A stretch of 64,000 nucleotides of DNA from Lepidodermella squamata. Its lineage: Eukaryota > Animalia > Gastrotricha. The DNA is taken from positions 2,294,001-2,358,000 of the forward strand of contig JBLDXI010000002.1 of NCBI GenBank assembly GCA_047495785.1. Direction: 5' to 3'. The notes under the pieces were generated by a model that had not been told where the DNA came from, ran no database searches, and saw only the letters and a list, made by a program, of their open reading frames with translations. How positions within the stretch are numbered: position 1 is the first letter of the stretch; each line of letters opens with the position of its first letter. A program made the translations under genes and the position numbers. Below, piece after piece: positions 63,261-64,000 of this stretch.

Positions 63261-63690
63261 GCTGCCGCTATTCGATGAATTCTATGGGAAAGAGTCACAA
63301 AAAGTTGAAGCTCCCTACACCAGCCCGATTTACTTGGGACCTATCAAGCCTGGCAGTGGAAATTTAGAACCAATCGACTTGGCATCCGTGAACCCAGTCA
63401 GCTCAAGCGAATCAAGCGTTTCAGAATTCTTCGACGATCTATCGCCGGCTAAAAAATCGCGGAAAAAGCCGAACGAAACAACCGAAACGCCACCCGATAA
63501 TAACCGCGGAAAAACTTTGGCAAAATGCAAAATTTGTGGACTCGATGTGCCGAAGCTCACTCTGATTTGTTTGCCGTGTTGCGATGGTCAGCCGACTTGC
63601 CTGCCTTGCATCATGCGGCTGGCTTCAATTCCAAACGTGCCACTTAAATGTCTTGCTTGCGGTTTCACTGAAATACTACCGAATTCTTGA
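63261..63690 (+). CDS. Array member G11, inverted orientation, RING-like exon (5' exons unresolved)
   Basis: CKIC-x13-CC-x5-CLPC-x13-CLAC; frame open back to a possible acceptor near 63260. Confidence 0.65.
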
Positions 63691-63854
63691 TTTTAATCTC
63701 CTGCAAATTAAAATAAAACAAAAGCCGAAAAGCCTTTCATCTTTTTTATTGCCAATTTTTCCGGAAGTTCACGCGATTACAAGGTGTATTCATTGTTTCA
63801 AGGTCTCAGGGAAAAATCAAAAATTAATTGTCAGTGTCTTGAGAATTGTAATTT

Positions 63855-64000
63855 TCAGTCGAGGCGGGGTCGTTTCGACGACACGTCGCTGTGCATGACC
63901 AGTTTTCGGGGCGATGGGTGTTTCGGAAGAATGATAGCGAACTGGCAGGCGGTGCATTTGAGCGATGGCGGCTCATCGGTGCCCACGTGCTCGTTCCCAG
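63855..64000 (-). CDS. C-terminal end of a probable further array member (G12) continuing beyond the window
   Basis: Hand translation ...EPPSLKCTACQFAIILPKHPSPRK...KRPRLD*, matching the family's terminal (I/L)KCxACxF motif. Confidence 0.5.
   Translation of the reverse strand, partial: GNEHVGTDEPPSLKCTACQFAIILPKHPSPRKLVMHSDVSSKRPRLD

Overview
Compact, intron-containing animal (invertebrate-like) genomic DNA with short AT-rich GT-AG introns. No prokaryotic features or CRISPR arrays. Layout: (1) 1-17 kb, four tandem ERMP1-like M28 metallopeptidase genes on the minus strand. (2) A 6.82-kb tandem duplication (7477-14297 / 14298-21119) that created a 3'-truncated ERMP1 copy abutting a 5'-truncated protocadherin. 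(3) An intact 7-repeat protocadherin (18918-22965) with about 9.5 kb of CpG-rich non-coding DNA upstream. (4) 32.7-38.9 kb, nested and decayed DNA transposons/MITEs. (5) A 13-exon gene apparently fusing a NEK-like kinase to CBP/p300-type TAZ1 and KIX domains and a RING-H2. (6) An intronless, probably GPI-anchored PQQ/BamB-like beta-propeller and a RING-B-box-coiled-coil-NHR gene. (7) 47.4-64 kb, a dense array of about 13 divergent paralogues of a family I do not recognise: N-terminal C-x2-C-x11-H-x10-C finger, disordered linker with SUMO-related motifs, C-terminal 'PCC' C4C4 RING-like domain. An initiator tRNA-Met gene sits inside the array. This array is the best candidate for an undescribed system. 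A TTAAGG[ACT]GGA motif recurs at least 14 times, mostly in introns and gene gaps. Exon boundaries and domain calls were made by eye; no database searches were run.
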